Shown: positions 9,671 to 19,212 of the stretch, piece after piece
Position numbering within the stretch: the first letter of the stretch is position 1
Layout: each line of letters starts with the position of its first letter
Assembly (NCBI GenBank): GCA_018714975.1
Contig: DVMN01000029.1
Coordinates: 1 to 37,069 of the forward strand
Origin: Candidatus Limadaptatus stercorigallinarum
Lineage (GTDB): Bacteria; Bacillota; Clostridia; Christensenellales; CAG-917
DNA: 37,069 nucleotides
Direction: 5' to 3'
Position numbers and translations under genes: made by a program
The notes under the pieces: model-generated
What the model was told of the DNA's origin: nothing
Databases searched by the model: none
What the model saw: only the letters and a program-made list of their open reading frames with translations

Positions 9671-10362
9671 TTCGCGAGGTTATGAAAATATGCGGGCTGG
9701 ACTGCGACGAGATATGCGCGGCCCTCGCAGACATAGCGGACAAGGGAGTGGACTTCACCGTTGAGGAACGCTGCCTGGACGCGAAGGTCATAATGACTTC
9801 GGAGCTGGACAGAAAGAGTTTCGACGCCGTGAAAAGCCTTGCCTACAACATATTTTCGGAGCAGGTCTATTCGGCGGAGGACAGAGAACTCCACGAGCTT
9901 GCGGCGCAGCTGCTTGCCCTCAACGGGAAAATGCTCGCCGTTGCCGAAAGCCTGACGGGAGGGGAGATATGCTCCCGCCTGACGTCGGTGCCCGGCATAA
10001 GCGCGAACTTTTACGAAGGCGTGGTGTGCTACAACCGCGGTGCGAAGATGAACAGACTGCGCGTGCCGAAGGCGCTGCTCGGCGCATACGGGGCTGTGAG
10101 CCGCGAAACGGCGTATGCGATGGTCAACGGGCTTGTCGTGCCGCCCGTCAACATAGGGCTTGCCACGACGGGGCTTGCGGGGCCGCAGGGCGACGAAGGA
10201 AAGCCCGTGGGGCTTGTGTATATAGGCGTCGGCGCGGGCGACTTCATCACGGTGTTCGAGAAACATCTGACAGGCGACCGCAACCGCATAAGGCAGTCTG
10301 CGGCAAACCTTGCGCTGTTTTATCTCGTGCGCTATCTGCGCGGCGACATATTGCAGCTTTAA
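9667..10362 (+). CDS. cinA: CinA C-terminal / NMN deamidase PncC, lacking the N-terminal MoCF-like domain
   Basis: AVAESLTGG, PGISANF, GAVSRETA, TTGLAGP, KPVGLVYIG; GTG start overlapping the previous stop; upstream of recA. Confidence 0.85.
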   Translation: MIREVMKICGLDCDEICAALADIADKGVDFTVEERCLDAKVIMTSELDRKSFDAVKSLAYNIFSEQVYSAEDRELHELAAQLLALNGKMLAVAESLTGGEICSRLTSVPGISANFYEGVVCYNRGAKMNRLRVPKALLGAYGAVSRETAYAMVNGLVVPPVNIGLATTGLAGPQGDEGKPVGLVYIGVGAGDFITVFEKHLTGDRNRIRQSAANLALFYLVRYLRGDILQL

Positions 10363-10513
10363 GGGCACAAACGCGGCTTTATCAGCTTGTTTTGTGCGGT
10401 AAAGCGCGGGTTTCGGAATATTGCGGCTGAGCCGAAGCGAAGTCGCACCGTGCGGAAAAAGAAAACAAATCGCCCGTCCGCAAAACGCGGCGGAGCGCGG
10501 AAGGAGAAAGATT

Positions 10514-11506
10514 ATGGCAGAAAAAGACAAAGGCAATCCGTTGGAGCTGGCTCTTGCGCAGATTGAGAAGCAGTTCGGCAAGGGCGCGATTATGCGCCTC
10601 GGCGACAACGAAGTGCAGAAGGTGGAGGCGATTTCGACAGGGTGCCTCACGTTGGATATAGCGCTCGGAATAGGCGGCATTCCGAAGGGGAGGATTGTGG
10701 AGATTTACGGTCCCGAATCTTCGGGCAAGACCACAGTCGCGCTGCACATCGTCGCGGAAGTGCAGAAGGCGGGCGGCACCGCCGCGTTCATTGACGCGGA
10801 GCACGCGCTCGACCCTTCTTACGCTTCGCGTCTCGGCGTACAGCTTGAAAACCTCTACATCTCCCAGCCCGACAACGGCGAACAGGCGCTCGACATAGTC
10901 GAAACGCTGGTCAGAAGCGGCGCGATAGACATCGTCGTCGTGGACTCGGTCGCGGCACTCACTCCGCAGGCGGAAATTGACGGCGAAATGGGGGACAGCC
11001 ACGTCGGTTTGCAGGCAAGACTGATGTCGCAGGCGCTGCGCAAACTCACCGCGGTGACGTCCAAGAGCAAGTGCTCCATCATTTTCATCAATCAGCTGCG
11101 TGAGAAAGTCGGCGTGGTCTACGGCAGTGCGGAAACCACCACGGGCGGCAAGGCACTCAAATTCTACGCTTCCGTCCGCATCGACATCAGGCGTACGGAG
11201 TCCATAAAGGACGGCAGCGACATCATCGGCAACCGCGTCAAAGCGAAGATAGTGAAGAACAAGGTCGCCCCTCCGTTCAAGGTGGCGGAGTTCGACATTA
11301 TGTACGGCACGGGCATTTCCTCGCTCGGCTGCCTCATCGACCTCGGCGTGCAGAACGGGCTCGTGCAGAAGAGCGGAAGCTGGTTCAGCTACAACGACGA
11401 GAAGATAGGACAGGGCAGGGAGAAAGCCATCGAATTCCTGCGTGCAAATCCCGAAATCGCGGAAGACATAGACCGCAAGATACGCGAAAAGTACGAGTTG
11501 GTGTGA
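10514..11506 (+). CDS. recA: recombinase RecA
   Basis: [39 protein letters not shown]; AAGGAG SD. Confidence 0.99.
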   Translation: MAEKDKGNPLELALAQIEKQFGKGAIMRLGDNEVQKVEAISTGCLTLDIALGIGGIPKGRIVEIYGPESSGKTTVALHIVAEVQKAGGTAAFIDAEHALDPSYASRLGVQLENLYISQPDNGEQALDIVETLVRSGAIDIVVVDSVAALTPQAEIDGEMGDSHVGLQARLMSQALRKLTAVTSKSKCSIIFINQLREKVGVVYGSAETTTGGKALKFYASVRIDIRRTESIKDGSDIIGNRVKAKIVKNKVAPPFKVAEFDIMYGTGISSLGCLIDLGVQNGLVQKSGSWFSYNDEKIGQGREKAIEFLRANPEIAEDIDRKIREKYELV

Positions 11507-11562
11507 TTTTCGCGTCGACCGGTAAACAGGACATAAGAAAATACAGGACATAAAAATATTCC

Positions 11563-11603
11563 GAAAAGAACACTGCCGACGCGAAACCGCGTCGGCAGTG
11601 TTC
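11563..11603. terminator. strong hairpin terminator, U-tract on the minus strand, likely bidirectional
   Basis: Perfect 16-bp stem GAACACTGCCGACGCG-aaac-CGCGTCGGCAGTGTTC preceded by AAAA. Confidence 0.8.
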
Positions 11604-11757
11604 AAAGGGATAGGATTAAAAACGATTTGTTTCGTTGTTTCGGCGTCGCATTCCGTTCGCGGCGCCGTTTTCGTGCCGCGGCATCCGCCGTGCGGCGTGC
11701 GGGTGCTTTCTGCCGCGCATATGCGGCGTTTTGCGGATTTTTTCACGCTTTGTTCAC

Positions 11758-11786
11758 ATTATAAAGGCACATTGTGCCATTGTCAA
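11758..11786 (-). promoter_or_regulatory. consensus sigma-A promoter divergent from the XRE gene, with an operator in its spacer
   Basis: Minus strand TTGACA-atggcacaatgtgcctt (17 nt)-TATAAT. Confidence 0.8.
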
Positions 11787-11808
11787 GAAAAATAAGGCAC
11801 ACTGTGCT
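11766..11808. promoter_or_regulatory. two palindromic operators, putative XRE binding sites
   Basis: GGCACAtTGTGCC (11766-11778) and GGCACAcTGTGCt (11796-11808), 30 bp apart. Confidence 0.7.
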
Positions 11809-11823
11809 ATTAACAATTTTGCA

Positions 11824-12036
11824 ATGATAAGCATTTACGATGTGCAGGCGCGTCTTCGTGACGCAATAAAAAACAGCGGACTTTCGCAGAAGGAGCTGGC
11901 GGGCAGGCTGGGCATAGACCCGTCGACCGTGAGCAAATATATGAGGCTGGACAAATTTCCGTCGCTGGATACGTTTGCCAATCTCTGCGAAGTTCTCGAC
12001 ATCTCCGCGGACGACATTCTCGGACTGAAAAAGTAG
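11824..12036 (+). CDS. XRE-family HTH transcriptional regulator (70 aa)
   Basis: LSQKELAGRLGIDPSTVSKY...PSLDTFANLCEVLDISADDILG. Confidence 0.88.
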   Translation: MISIYDVQARLRDAIKNSGLSQKELAGRLGIDPSTVSKYMRLDKFPSLDTFANLCEVLDISADDILGLKK

Positions 12037-12042
12037 CGAAAG

Positions 12043-12063
12043 AGGCGGTGCGCGCCGCCTTTT
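12043..12063 (+). terminator. intrinsic terminator after the XRE gene
   Basis: AGGCGG-tgcgcg-CCGCCT-TTT. Confidence 0.6.
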
Positions 12064-12138
12064 CCGTTGTCTTGCGGGAGCGGGTCCGTGCGCTTTTTCG
12101 CGACAGGGCCGTATTTACGCGTCTTTTAACTATTAAAC

Positions 12139-12168
12139 TTGACTAGTGTATAGTTTATAGTATATAAT
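12139..12168 (+). promoter_or_regulatory. sigma-A promoter of rny
   Basis: TTGACT-18 nt-TATAAT. Confidence 0.65.
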
Positions 12169-12244
12169 ATCCGTGACAAAGTGTATTGCGCGCGCTCCGG
12201 CGCGGAACGCGGCGCTTTGATTATATAAATGGAGAGGTCATTCG

Positions 12245-13861
12245 ATGACAGGCAGTATGAATTTATTGCTTGCCGCACTCGAAGCCGGACCTATCGTCGG
12301 GATTGCTGTCGCAGCCTTCGCCGTCGGAGCGGCGATAGGGCTGATTGCATACAGACTGTATACGCAAAACAAGATAGGCTTGGCAAAAAGAGAAGCGGCG
12401 AGAATTCTGGAAGAGGCCGGGTTGGAGGCGAAAGCCATCCGCAAAGACGGACTTCTGGAAGCCAAAGAACAGCAAAACAAATTGCGCGCGGATTTCGAGC
12501 GCGAAACCAAGGAACGCAGAGCAGAATGGCAGAGGACGGAGAACCGTCTTATGCAGAAAGAGAGCGCCCTCGACCGCAAAGAGGACAATCTCAACAAGAA
12601 GGACGAAGCCCTCGACAAGAAGATTGCGGAGGTCGAAAAGGCGCAGAAGAACGTCGACGAACACCGCGAGAGGCTGAAAGCCATCGAAGAGGAGCTGAAC
12701 AATTCGCAGGAAATCATGCGTAAGGAACTCGAAAGAGTTGCCGGCATGACAAAAGAGGAAGCCGCTGCGGAACTCAAAGACGCGCTCATCGACGAAGTCA
12801 AGCGCGGTGCGGCGGCAGAGGCGAAAGCCATAGAGGCGGAAGCCAAGGAAAACGCGGTCAAGGAAGCGCAGAACATCATCGCGACGGCGATACAGCGCTG
12901 CGCCGCGGACCACGCGACGGAGAACACCGTCAGCGTCGTCGCCCTTCCCAGCGACGAAATGAAGGGCAGAATCATCGGACGTATGGGCAGAAACATCCGT
13001 GCGCTCGAATCGGCGACGGGGGTGGACCTCATCATCGACGACACGCCCGACGTCATCACTCTTTCCAGCTTTGACCCCGTGCGCCGTGAAGTGGCGCGCC
13101 TCACGCTGGAAAAGCTCATTGCAGACGGACGCATTCATCCCGCACGCATAGAAGAGGTTGTGGACAAGGTGCGCCGCGAAGTCAACGCTTCCATAAAGGA
13201 AGCGGGCGAAGAGGCAGTCTTCGAGGCGGGCGTGCACGGGCTGCATCCCGAACTCGTCAAGATACTCGGCAGGCTCAAATACCGCACAAGTTACGGTCAG
13301 AACGTGCTCAAACATTCTCTCGAAGTGTCCTTCCTTGCGTCGCTTATGGCGCAGGAGCTGGGCATAGACCCCAGGGTGGCGAAGAGAGCGGGTCTTCTGC
13401 ACGACATCGGCAAAGCCGTGGACCACGAAGTGGAAGGCACGCACATTCAGATTGGCGTGGAACTCGCCAAGAAGTATAAGGAGCACGGCGACGTCATACA
13501 CGCCATCGCCGCCCACCACAACGACATCGAGCCAGAAACCATCGCCGCGGTGCTCGTGCAGGCGGCTGACGCGATTTCTTCTGCGCGTCCCGGCGCAAGA
13601 CGCGAGTCTCTCGAAAACTACGTCAAGCGCATCGAGAAGCTGGAAGACATCGCAAAGTCCTTCGACGGAGTGGAACAGACGTTTGCGGTGCAGGCGGGCA
13701 GGGAAATCCGCGTAATGGTCAAGCCCGAACAGGTGGACGACGCGGCGACCGTTTTCCTCGCGAGAGAGATTGCGGAAAAGCTGGAGAACGAGCTCGAATA
13801 TCCCGGACAAATCAAGGTCAACGTCATCCGCGAAGTGAGAAGCGTGGACTATGCGAAATAA
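12245..13861 (+). CDS. rny: ribonuclease Y
   Basis: N-terminal TM, coiled coil, KH domain ([14 protein letters not shown]), HD domain (LLHDIGK), QAGREIRV. Confidence 0.97.
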   Translation: MTGSMNLLLAALEAGPIVGIAVAAFAVGAAIGLIAYRLYTQNKIGLAKREAARILEEAGLEAKAIRKDGLLEAKEQQNKLRADFERETKERRAEWQRTENRLMQKESALDRKEDNLNKKDEALDKKIAEVEKAQKNVDEHRERLKAIEEELNNSQEIMRKELERVAGMTKEEAAAELKDALIDEVKRGAAAEAKAIEAEAKENAVKEAQNIIATAIQRCAADHATENTVSVVALPSDEMKGRIIGRMGRNIRALESATGVDLIIDDTPDVITLSSFDPVRREVARLTLEKLIADGRIHPARIEEVVDKVRREVNASIKEAGEEAVFEAGVHGLHPELVKILGRLKYRTSYGQNVLKHSLEVSFLASLMAQELGIDPRVAKRAGLLHDIGKAVDHEVEGTHIQIGVELAKKYKEHGDVIHAIAAHHNDIEPETIAAVLVQAADAISSARPGARRESLENYVKRIEKLEDIAKSFDGVEQTFAVQAGREIRVMVKPEQVDDAATVFLAREIAEKLENELEYPGQIKVNVIREVRSVDYAK

Positions 13862-14546
13862 TCACGTCAAAAATGCCGAAGAGCTTGCGCTTATGCGCCG
13901 CGCGGCGGAGATTACGGACGAAGTTTACGACTATGTCCTCTCTCTTGTCCGCGAGGGCGTGACGGAGCGCGAAGTTGCGGACGCAATACTCGAAAAGACG
14001 TTGGAGCTGGGGGCGAGCGGGGTGTCCTTCGACACAATCGTTGCCTTCGGCGCCGGCGGGGCGGAGCCTCACCACGTCCCCTCCGACAAAAAGCTCGAAA
14101 AGGGGATGTTCGTCACCGTGGATATGGGGGCGGTGGTCGGCGGATACTGTTCCGATTTCACCCGCACGTTCGCATTCGGCGACGTCGACGCGGAGCAGCT
14201 CCGTGTGTACGAAACCGTGTACGAGGCGCAAAAACGCGGGATGGCGGCGGTCGCCGACGGCGTACCGTGCAGGACCGCGGACGCGGCTTGCCGCGACTTC
14301 ATCACAGAGCGCGGTTACGGGGAATTTTACATCCACGGCACGGGCCACGGCGTGGGGACGGAGATACACGAGCCGCCGACGCTCAACGCGAAGAGCGAAG
14401 AGACGCTTGTCGCAGGGCAGGTGGTCACGGTCGAACCGGGCATCTATATCCCGAAACGCTTCGGCGTCCGCATAGAGGATATGGTGCAGGTCGGAGAGGG
14501 CAGACCTTTCAGCAAACATAAGACGGAGCTCATCACGCTTCGCTGA
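13851..14546 (+). CDS. M24 Xaa-Pro peptidase, catalytic domain only
   Basis: [38 protein letters not shown]; upstream of efp; no N-terminal creatinase domain. Confidence 0.88.
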   Translation: MRNNHVKNAEELALMRRAAEITDEVYDYVLSLVREGVTEREVADAILEKTLELGASGVSFDTIVAFGAGGAEPHHVPSDKKLEKGMFVTVDMGAVVGGYCSDFTRTFAFGDVDAEQLRVYETVYEAQKRGMAAVADGVPCRTADAACRDFITERGYGEFYIHGTGHGVGTEIHEPPTLNAKSEETLVAGQVVTVEPGIYIPKRFGVRIEDMVQVGEGRPFSKHKTELITLR

Positions 14547-14582
14547 ACCAACTATAAAGAAATCAACGACAGGAGAAATATT

Positions 14583-15146
14583 ATGGCACAAATTATGGCA
14601 GGCGACCTCCGCAAGGGAGTCACGTTCCTCTACGAGAACAACATAATGACGGTTGTGGATTTCCAGCACGTCAAGCCCGGTAAGGGCGCGGCTTTCGTCC
14701 GTACGAAGATGAAAAACGTCGTCACGGGCAGCGTGCTCGAAAAAACTTTCAACCCCACCGAGAAGTTCGACCTCGCGCACATCGAAACCAAGAATATGGA
14801 ATATCTGTACAACGACGGCGAATTCTATTACTTTATGGACACCGAAACGTACGAACAGATACCCCTCAACCACAGCCAGGTCGAGGACGCGCTCAATTTC
14901 GTCAAAGAGAATATGAACGTCACGATGAAGTTCTTCCAGGGCGCGCCTTTCTCTGTCGAACCGCCCAACTTCGTGGAACTCAAAATCACGGTTTGCGAAC
15001 CCGCGGTCGTCGGCAACACCGCCACCAACGCGACCAAGCCCGCAACGCTCGAAACGGGTTATTCTCTGCAAGTCCCGATGTTCGTCAACGAGGGAGATAC
15101 CATCCGCATCGACACCCGCACGGGCGAGTATATGTCGAGAGTTTAA
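14583..15146 (+). CDS. efp: elongation factor P
   Basis: [30 protein letters not shown]; AGGAG SD. Confidence 0.98.
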   Translation: MAQIMAGDLRKGVTFLYENNIMTVVDFQHVKPGKGAAFVRTKMKNVVTGSVLEKTFNPTEKFDLAHIETKNMEYLYNDGEFYYFMDTETYEQIPLNHSQVEDALNFVKENMNVTMKFFQGAPFSVEPPNFVELKITVCEPAVVGNTATNATKPATLETGYSLQVPMFVNEGDTIRIDTRTGEYMSRV

Positions 15147-15235
15147 GACGGCAACGCTGCATTCGGCAGCTGCATTGTTTTTCCTCCATAGAAAAAATCG
15201 AAAACATTGCCTTAAAAGGCAAGGTTTTCGGCTTT

Positions 15236-15272
15236 CGTCCGCAATCGGCATATTCGGGTGCGGGCGTTTTTT
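15236..15272 (+). terminator. intrinsic terminator after efp
   Basis: CGTCCGCA...TGCGGGCG stem followed by TTTTTT. Confidence 0.55.
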
Positions 15273-15293
15273 GTTTTCGGATTTTAAGCGGTT

Positions 15294-15761
15294 TTACGTC
15301 AAATCGCTTCTGCCGAGAAGATAATCCGCAGAACAGTGCAGATAATCTGCAAGCAGAACGAGGGTTTCCGCTTTCGGCAGTTTGCCGTGTTTCCATTTCG
15401 ATATCGCACTTTGCTGCAAGCCGCAGTCGCACGCCAGACGGTATTGCGTTATGCCGCGCGTTTTCAGCAGAGGAAAAATGCGGTCTTTGAACTCGGCGGG
15501 AGAGCGTGCGGGAATATATTCCCGCCTGTCCGAAAGACCGAGCAGATAGTCCGCGGAGCAATTCATTGCGTCGGCGCATTTCATTACGGTGGCGGGAGAA
15601 GGCTCCGCTTTCCCCGAAAGCACGGCAAGCAGACCCGAAACGGAAATTCCGGCGTGTTTGCAGAATGCGTTCACGCTCATTCCTTTTTCCGAGATGTAAT
15701 CCTTTATTCCGTCCGCAAATCCGAAAGTGGCACGGTTTTTTTCTTTGAGGGGTGAAGACAT
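15294..15761 (-). CDS. tandem double XRE-HTH regulator (155 aa)
   Basis: Two HTH_3-like repeats each ending CSADYLLG; start MSSPLK at 15761, 6 nt after TG-C-TATATT. Confidence 0.85.
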   Translation of the reverse strand: MSSPLKEKNRATFGFADGIKDYISEKGMSVNAFCKHAGISVSGLLAVLSGKAEPSPATVMKCADAMNCSADYLLGLSDRREYIPARSPAEFKDRIFPLLKTRGITQYRLACDCGLQQSAISKWKHGKLPKAETLVLLADYLHCSADYLLGRSDLT

Positions 15762-15897
15762 ATTTTCAATATAGCACAAAAGGACGACGGAGGCATATTT
15801 GTTTTGGCATTCTGTGTGATGTGCGGGCGCAGAACGCTTTTTTTGTCGAATAGTGCGGTATAAGACTTGCGCGAAAGGGCGGGTCATATCTTTTAGT

Positions 15898-16782
15898 ATG
15901 TTTGACGGACTGGTGACGGGAATGATGGCGAGTGCGGTTGCCGCCGTCGCCGACGAAAAGGCGGTGACGGAACTGCGTATGCGCGTGGGCAGACCGCTTG
16001 TCGTGCTCACGGCGGAGGGAAGAAGCGTCGCCAGAATGCCGTCGGGCGCCCCGTTTATCGTGCGCGGCGAGGACATCGAGCGTGTGCTTGCCCTGGCGTC
16101 GGATTTCTCCGTGTATGCCGTCAACGACCAGCTTGTCAAAGGATTTATGGCGCGGCGCGGCATACGCATAGGCGTGGCGGGCGAAGGCGTGGTGGAGGGC
16201 GGCAGCGTGCTCACAATGAAGCACATAGCCTTTCTCACCGTGCGCATTCCCCACGAGGTGCGCGGAGCGGCTGACGGGATAAAAAATGCGGTATTCCGCG
16301 ACGGAGGGGTGCGGAACACTCTGGTCATATCTCCGCCGTACGGCGGAAAAACCACTATGCTCAGAGAGCTTGCGCGGCTCGCGTCCGAAAGGCGGAATAC
16401 GCTCATCATAGACGAACGCTTTGAAATCGCCGCCGCGGATAAGGGATTGCCTACGCTGGACGTGGGCGACGCAGACGTCGTGAGCGGTGTGAGCAAGCTG
16501 ACGGCTTACGAAAACACAATACGGGCGATGAGCCCCGAAGTCATCGTCACGGACGAGCTTTTCCGCGAGAGCGAAGCGGACGCGGTGTGCGACATCGTGC
16601 GCAGCGGCGTAAAAGTGTTTGCGTCATTGCACGGCGACGGTGCGGCGGGAGTGCTGGGCTCCGCCGTGTTCGGCAAGCTCGCCGACGTGATGGAACTTTT
16701 CGTGGTGCTGTCGCCCCTTCCGCGTGTGGGAACCGTAAAAGAGGTCGTGGACGTCCGCGAAGCGCTCGGGAGGGCGGTATGA
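15898..16782 (+). CDS. spoIIIAA: stage III sporulation ATPase SpoIIIAA
   Basis: ELRMRVGRP, RIGVAGE, SPPYGGKTT Walker A, IIDERFEI, IRAMSPEVIVTDE; first gene of the 8-gene operon. Confidence 0.92.
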   Translation: MFDGLVTGMMASAVAAVADEKAVTELRMRVGRPLVVLTAEGRSVARMPSGAPFIVRGEDIERVLALASDFSVYAVNDQLVKGFMARRGIRIGVAGEGVVEGGSVLTMKHIAFLTVRIPHEVRGAADGIKNAVFRDGGVRNTLVISPPYGGKTTMLRELARLASERRNTLIIDERFEIAAADKGLPTLDVGDADVVSGVSKLTAYENTIRAMSPEVIVTDELFRESEADAVCDIVRSGVKVFASLHGDGAAGVLGSAVFGKLADVMELFVVLSPLPRVGTVKEVVDVREALGRAV

Positions 16783-17291
16783 CTGCGGAAATTCTGCGGC
16801 TCGTGGCGGGAGGGCTGCTCGCCCTCATCTGCTGTTACGGCGGGGTGCTCATAAAACGTCATTACGCCGACCGAGAGAAGTTCTATACGGAAGCGGAAGC
16901 GTTCGCGGCATATCTCTCGTCGGAATTGGGGTTCAGAAAGACTCCGCTCCCGGCGCTCATCGCGCAGTTTGCGGAGGACAGGAAGGGCTCGTTTGCCGCG
17001 ATGATAAAGCGTTTCGGCGCGGGGCTGTCCCTCGGAGCGGCGCAGGACAAGGCGGCGGCGGAAGCGGCGGAAAGCGCGAAACTCAGACCCGACGAAAAAA
17101 AGCAGATGAAGGAGTTCCTTTCCTCGCTCGGCAAAACCGCGCTCGGCGACCAGCTCGACGGCGCGGGCAGGGCAAAGGCGGAGTTCGCCGCAAAACGCGC
17201 GAAATGCGCCGAGGAAACGAAGCGCCTCGGCGGGATGTATTTCAAGCTGGCGGTGCTTCTTGGCATCGCGCTGATAGTCGTGCTGGCGTAA
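16779..17291 (+). CDS. spoIIIAB: stage III sporulation protein AB
   Basis: TM segments at both ends, SLGKT...Q motif, ATGA overlap with AA, operon position. Confidence 0.85.
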   Translation: MTAEILRLVAGGLLALICCYGGVLIKRHYADREKFYTEAEAFAAYLSSELGFRKTPLPALIAQFAEDRKGSFAAMIKRFGAGLSLGAAQDKAAAEAAESAKLRPDEKKQMKEFLSSLGKTALGDQLDGAGRAKAEFAAKRAKCAEETKRLGGMYFKLAVLLGIALIVVLA

Positions 17292-17365
17292 GGGCGGGAC
17301 GTGCGGAGAAGGCATTCGTTTGTTTTCGGTGCGGGCGTACCGAAGCGGAAGTTAGGAGGTGAGAA

Positions 17366-17563
17366 GTGGGCATAGACATCATTCTCAAAATCGCAGGAGT
17401 GGGCTTGCTCACCGCCATAGTGTGCATCATATTGAAACGCAGCGACCGCGACGACATCGCGACGTTTGCCACGCTCGCGGGGCTTATAGTCGTCATTGTC
17501 CTTGTCATGGATATGGTGGGCGGACTCTTCGACACCATAAAGAACATACTTTCGCTCACATGA
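17366..17563 (+). CDS. spoIIIAC: stage III sporulation protein AC
   Basis: IDIILKIAGVGLL...TLAGL; GGAGGTGA SD with GTG start. Confidence 0.92.
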   Translation: MGIDIILKIAGVGLLTAIVCIILKRSDRDDIATFATLAGLIVVIVLVMDMVGGLFDTIKNILSLT

Positions 17564-17952
17564 TGATAGTCAAGCTGATAGGCATAGCCCTGATAGGAAT
17601 TGTGGCGGTAAGTCTGCTGCGCACGGCAAAGCCCGAGTTTGCGGTGTTTGCGGTCATAGGCACGGGCATTGTCATGGTCATCACAATGATAAGTTCGCTG
17701 CAAAGCGCAATCCTCGCCTTTGACGACCTGGTGGACAAGAGCGGGATAGACGACAGGGTGTTTTCCGCGGTGCTGAAAATCATAGGCATAGGCTACCTCA
17801 CAGAATACAGCGCGTCCATCGCCACGGACGCGGGGTGCGCGTCCATCGCGCAGAAATTGCAGTTCGGCGGCAAGATAGTCATTTTTCTGATGAGCATATC
17901 CATAGTCACCGCGCTCGTGGACGTCATAGGCGGGCTTTTGAATCTGGTATGA
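17560..17952 (+). CDS. spoIIIAD: stage III sporulation protein AD
   Basis: LKIIGIGYLTEY...DAG...IAQKLQFGGKI. Confidence 0.92.
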   Translation: MMIVKLIGIALIGIVAVSLLRTAKPEFAVFAVIGTGIVMVITMISSLQSAILAFDDLVDKSGIDDRVFSAVLKIIGIGYLTEYSASIATDAGCASIAQKLQFGGKIVIFLMSISIVTALVDVIGGLLNLV

Positions 17953-19211
17953 ACACGGGACTTGCACCGACGCTTTGCAGCCTGCTTTTACGGCGGCGGA
18001 AAAAATCGCGTATTTTCGTAATATGCGTGTTTATCTGCGCTATTCTGCTGTTTATCGTGCTGTTTTGCGCTTCGGAAGGCATTGCGTATGCGGCGACGTC
18101 GGACGCGCAGGAGAACCTGGAAAGCGAGCTTTCCGACAGCGTGGACAGCGCCATTGACAGAATAGACTCCGACCTCTTCGAGGACTTCATAGCGTCGCTG
18201 GGAGAGGAGCAGTCGGCGGCGGTGGGCATAGAAAATCTCAAAGAAGCGCTCAAAAATATGACGCAGGGAGAGCCGTCGGACTTTTTCGGCTCCTTTATGT
18301 CCGCGCTCGCGTCCGCGCTCGGCGGCTACTTCCTCGGCTTTCTGCCGGGTTTCATATCCGTAATCATCGTGTGTCTGCTGAAAAGTATGCTGGCGGGGAT
18401 GTCGTCCGGGTTCAAAAACGCGTCCACGGGAGAGGTGGTGCACATCGTATGTTACTCCGCGGTGATAGTCATCCTTTCGGCGGCGGCGGTGAATGTGATA
18501 ATCACCGTCACGGACACGATAAACGCTCTCGCGGCGTTTTCGGAGGCTGTGTTCCCGATTTTGCTCACCTTGCTTGCGGCGGTGGGAGGCAGCAGCGGCG
18601 TGGCGTTGTATCAGCCCTTTATGGCGGTGCTTTCCGGCACGATAATCAAGCTGGTGCAGAGCGTCATTGTGCCCGCGTTCATTGCGACAATCGTTTTTTC
18701 CGTCGTCGGCAACGTGTCAAAGAGCGTCAAGCTGGACAAGCTCGCAAAACTTTTCAAGTCGGGCGCGGGCTGGCTCATCGGCATAGTTTTCGGGCTGTTC
18801 GCCGCTTTTCTCACGGCGCAGGGTATAACGGGCGGGGTGCTGGACAGATTGAGTTTCAATGCCGCCAAATTCGCCGTATCCAGCTATGTCCCCATACTCG
18901 GAGGCTATCTTTCCGACGGCTTCGACCTGCTCACGGCGTCGCTGGTGCTTGTGAAAAACGCGGTGGGCGTGACGGGGGTGGCGGTGCTTGCCGCCGTAGT
19001 TTTGTTTCCGTTGCTGCAACTTGCCGCATTCATACTCGGACTGCGCCTCACCGCCGCGATAACCGAGCCGATAGGGGACACGCGCACTTCTTCCGTGCTC
19101 GGTGCGCTCGCCGACAATACGGGGCTGCTCGTGACCGCGCTCGTCGGGGTGGGGTTTATGTTCTTTGTGATACTGATGCTGGTCATCGGCAGTTTCAACC
19201 CGGGGGTGTGA
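17949..19211 (+). CDS. spoIIIAE: stage III sporulation protein AE
   Basis: Multi-TM protein, AKFAVSSYVPILGGYLSD, LVKNAVG. Confidence 0.92.
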   Translation: MNTGLAPTLCSLLLRRRKKSRIFVICVFICAILLFIVLFCASEGIAYAATSDAQENLESELSDSVDSAIDRIDSDLFEDFIASLGEEQSAAVGIENLKEALKNMTQGEPSDFFGSFMSALASALGGYFLGFLPGFISVIIVCLLKSMLAGMSSGFKNASTGEVVHIVCYSAVIVILSAAAVNVIITVTDTINALAAFSEAVFPILLTLLAAVGGSSGVALYQPFMAVLSGTIIKLVQSVIVPAFIATIVFSVVGNVSKSVKLDKLAKLFKSGAGWLIGIVFGLFAAFLTAQGITGGVLDRLSFNAAKFAVSSYVPILGGYLSDGFDLLTASLVLVKNAVGVTGVAVLAAVVLFPLLQLAAFILGLRLTAAITEPIGDTRTSSVLGALADNTGLLVTALVGVGFMFFVILMLVIGSFNPGV

Positions 19212-19212
19212 G

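Noticed and set aside
10363-10513. LexA (GAAC-N4-GTTC) box upstream of recA
   Set aside because: No match seen in the intergenic region.
11526-11553. ACAGGACATAA direct repeat after recA
   Set aside because: Two 11-bp copies with no further structure; likely a local slippage duplication.
15762-16496. N-terminal extension of the 400-aa minus-strand ORF
   Set aside because: Antisense to spoIIIAA; only the double-HTH part from 15761 is credible.
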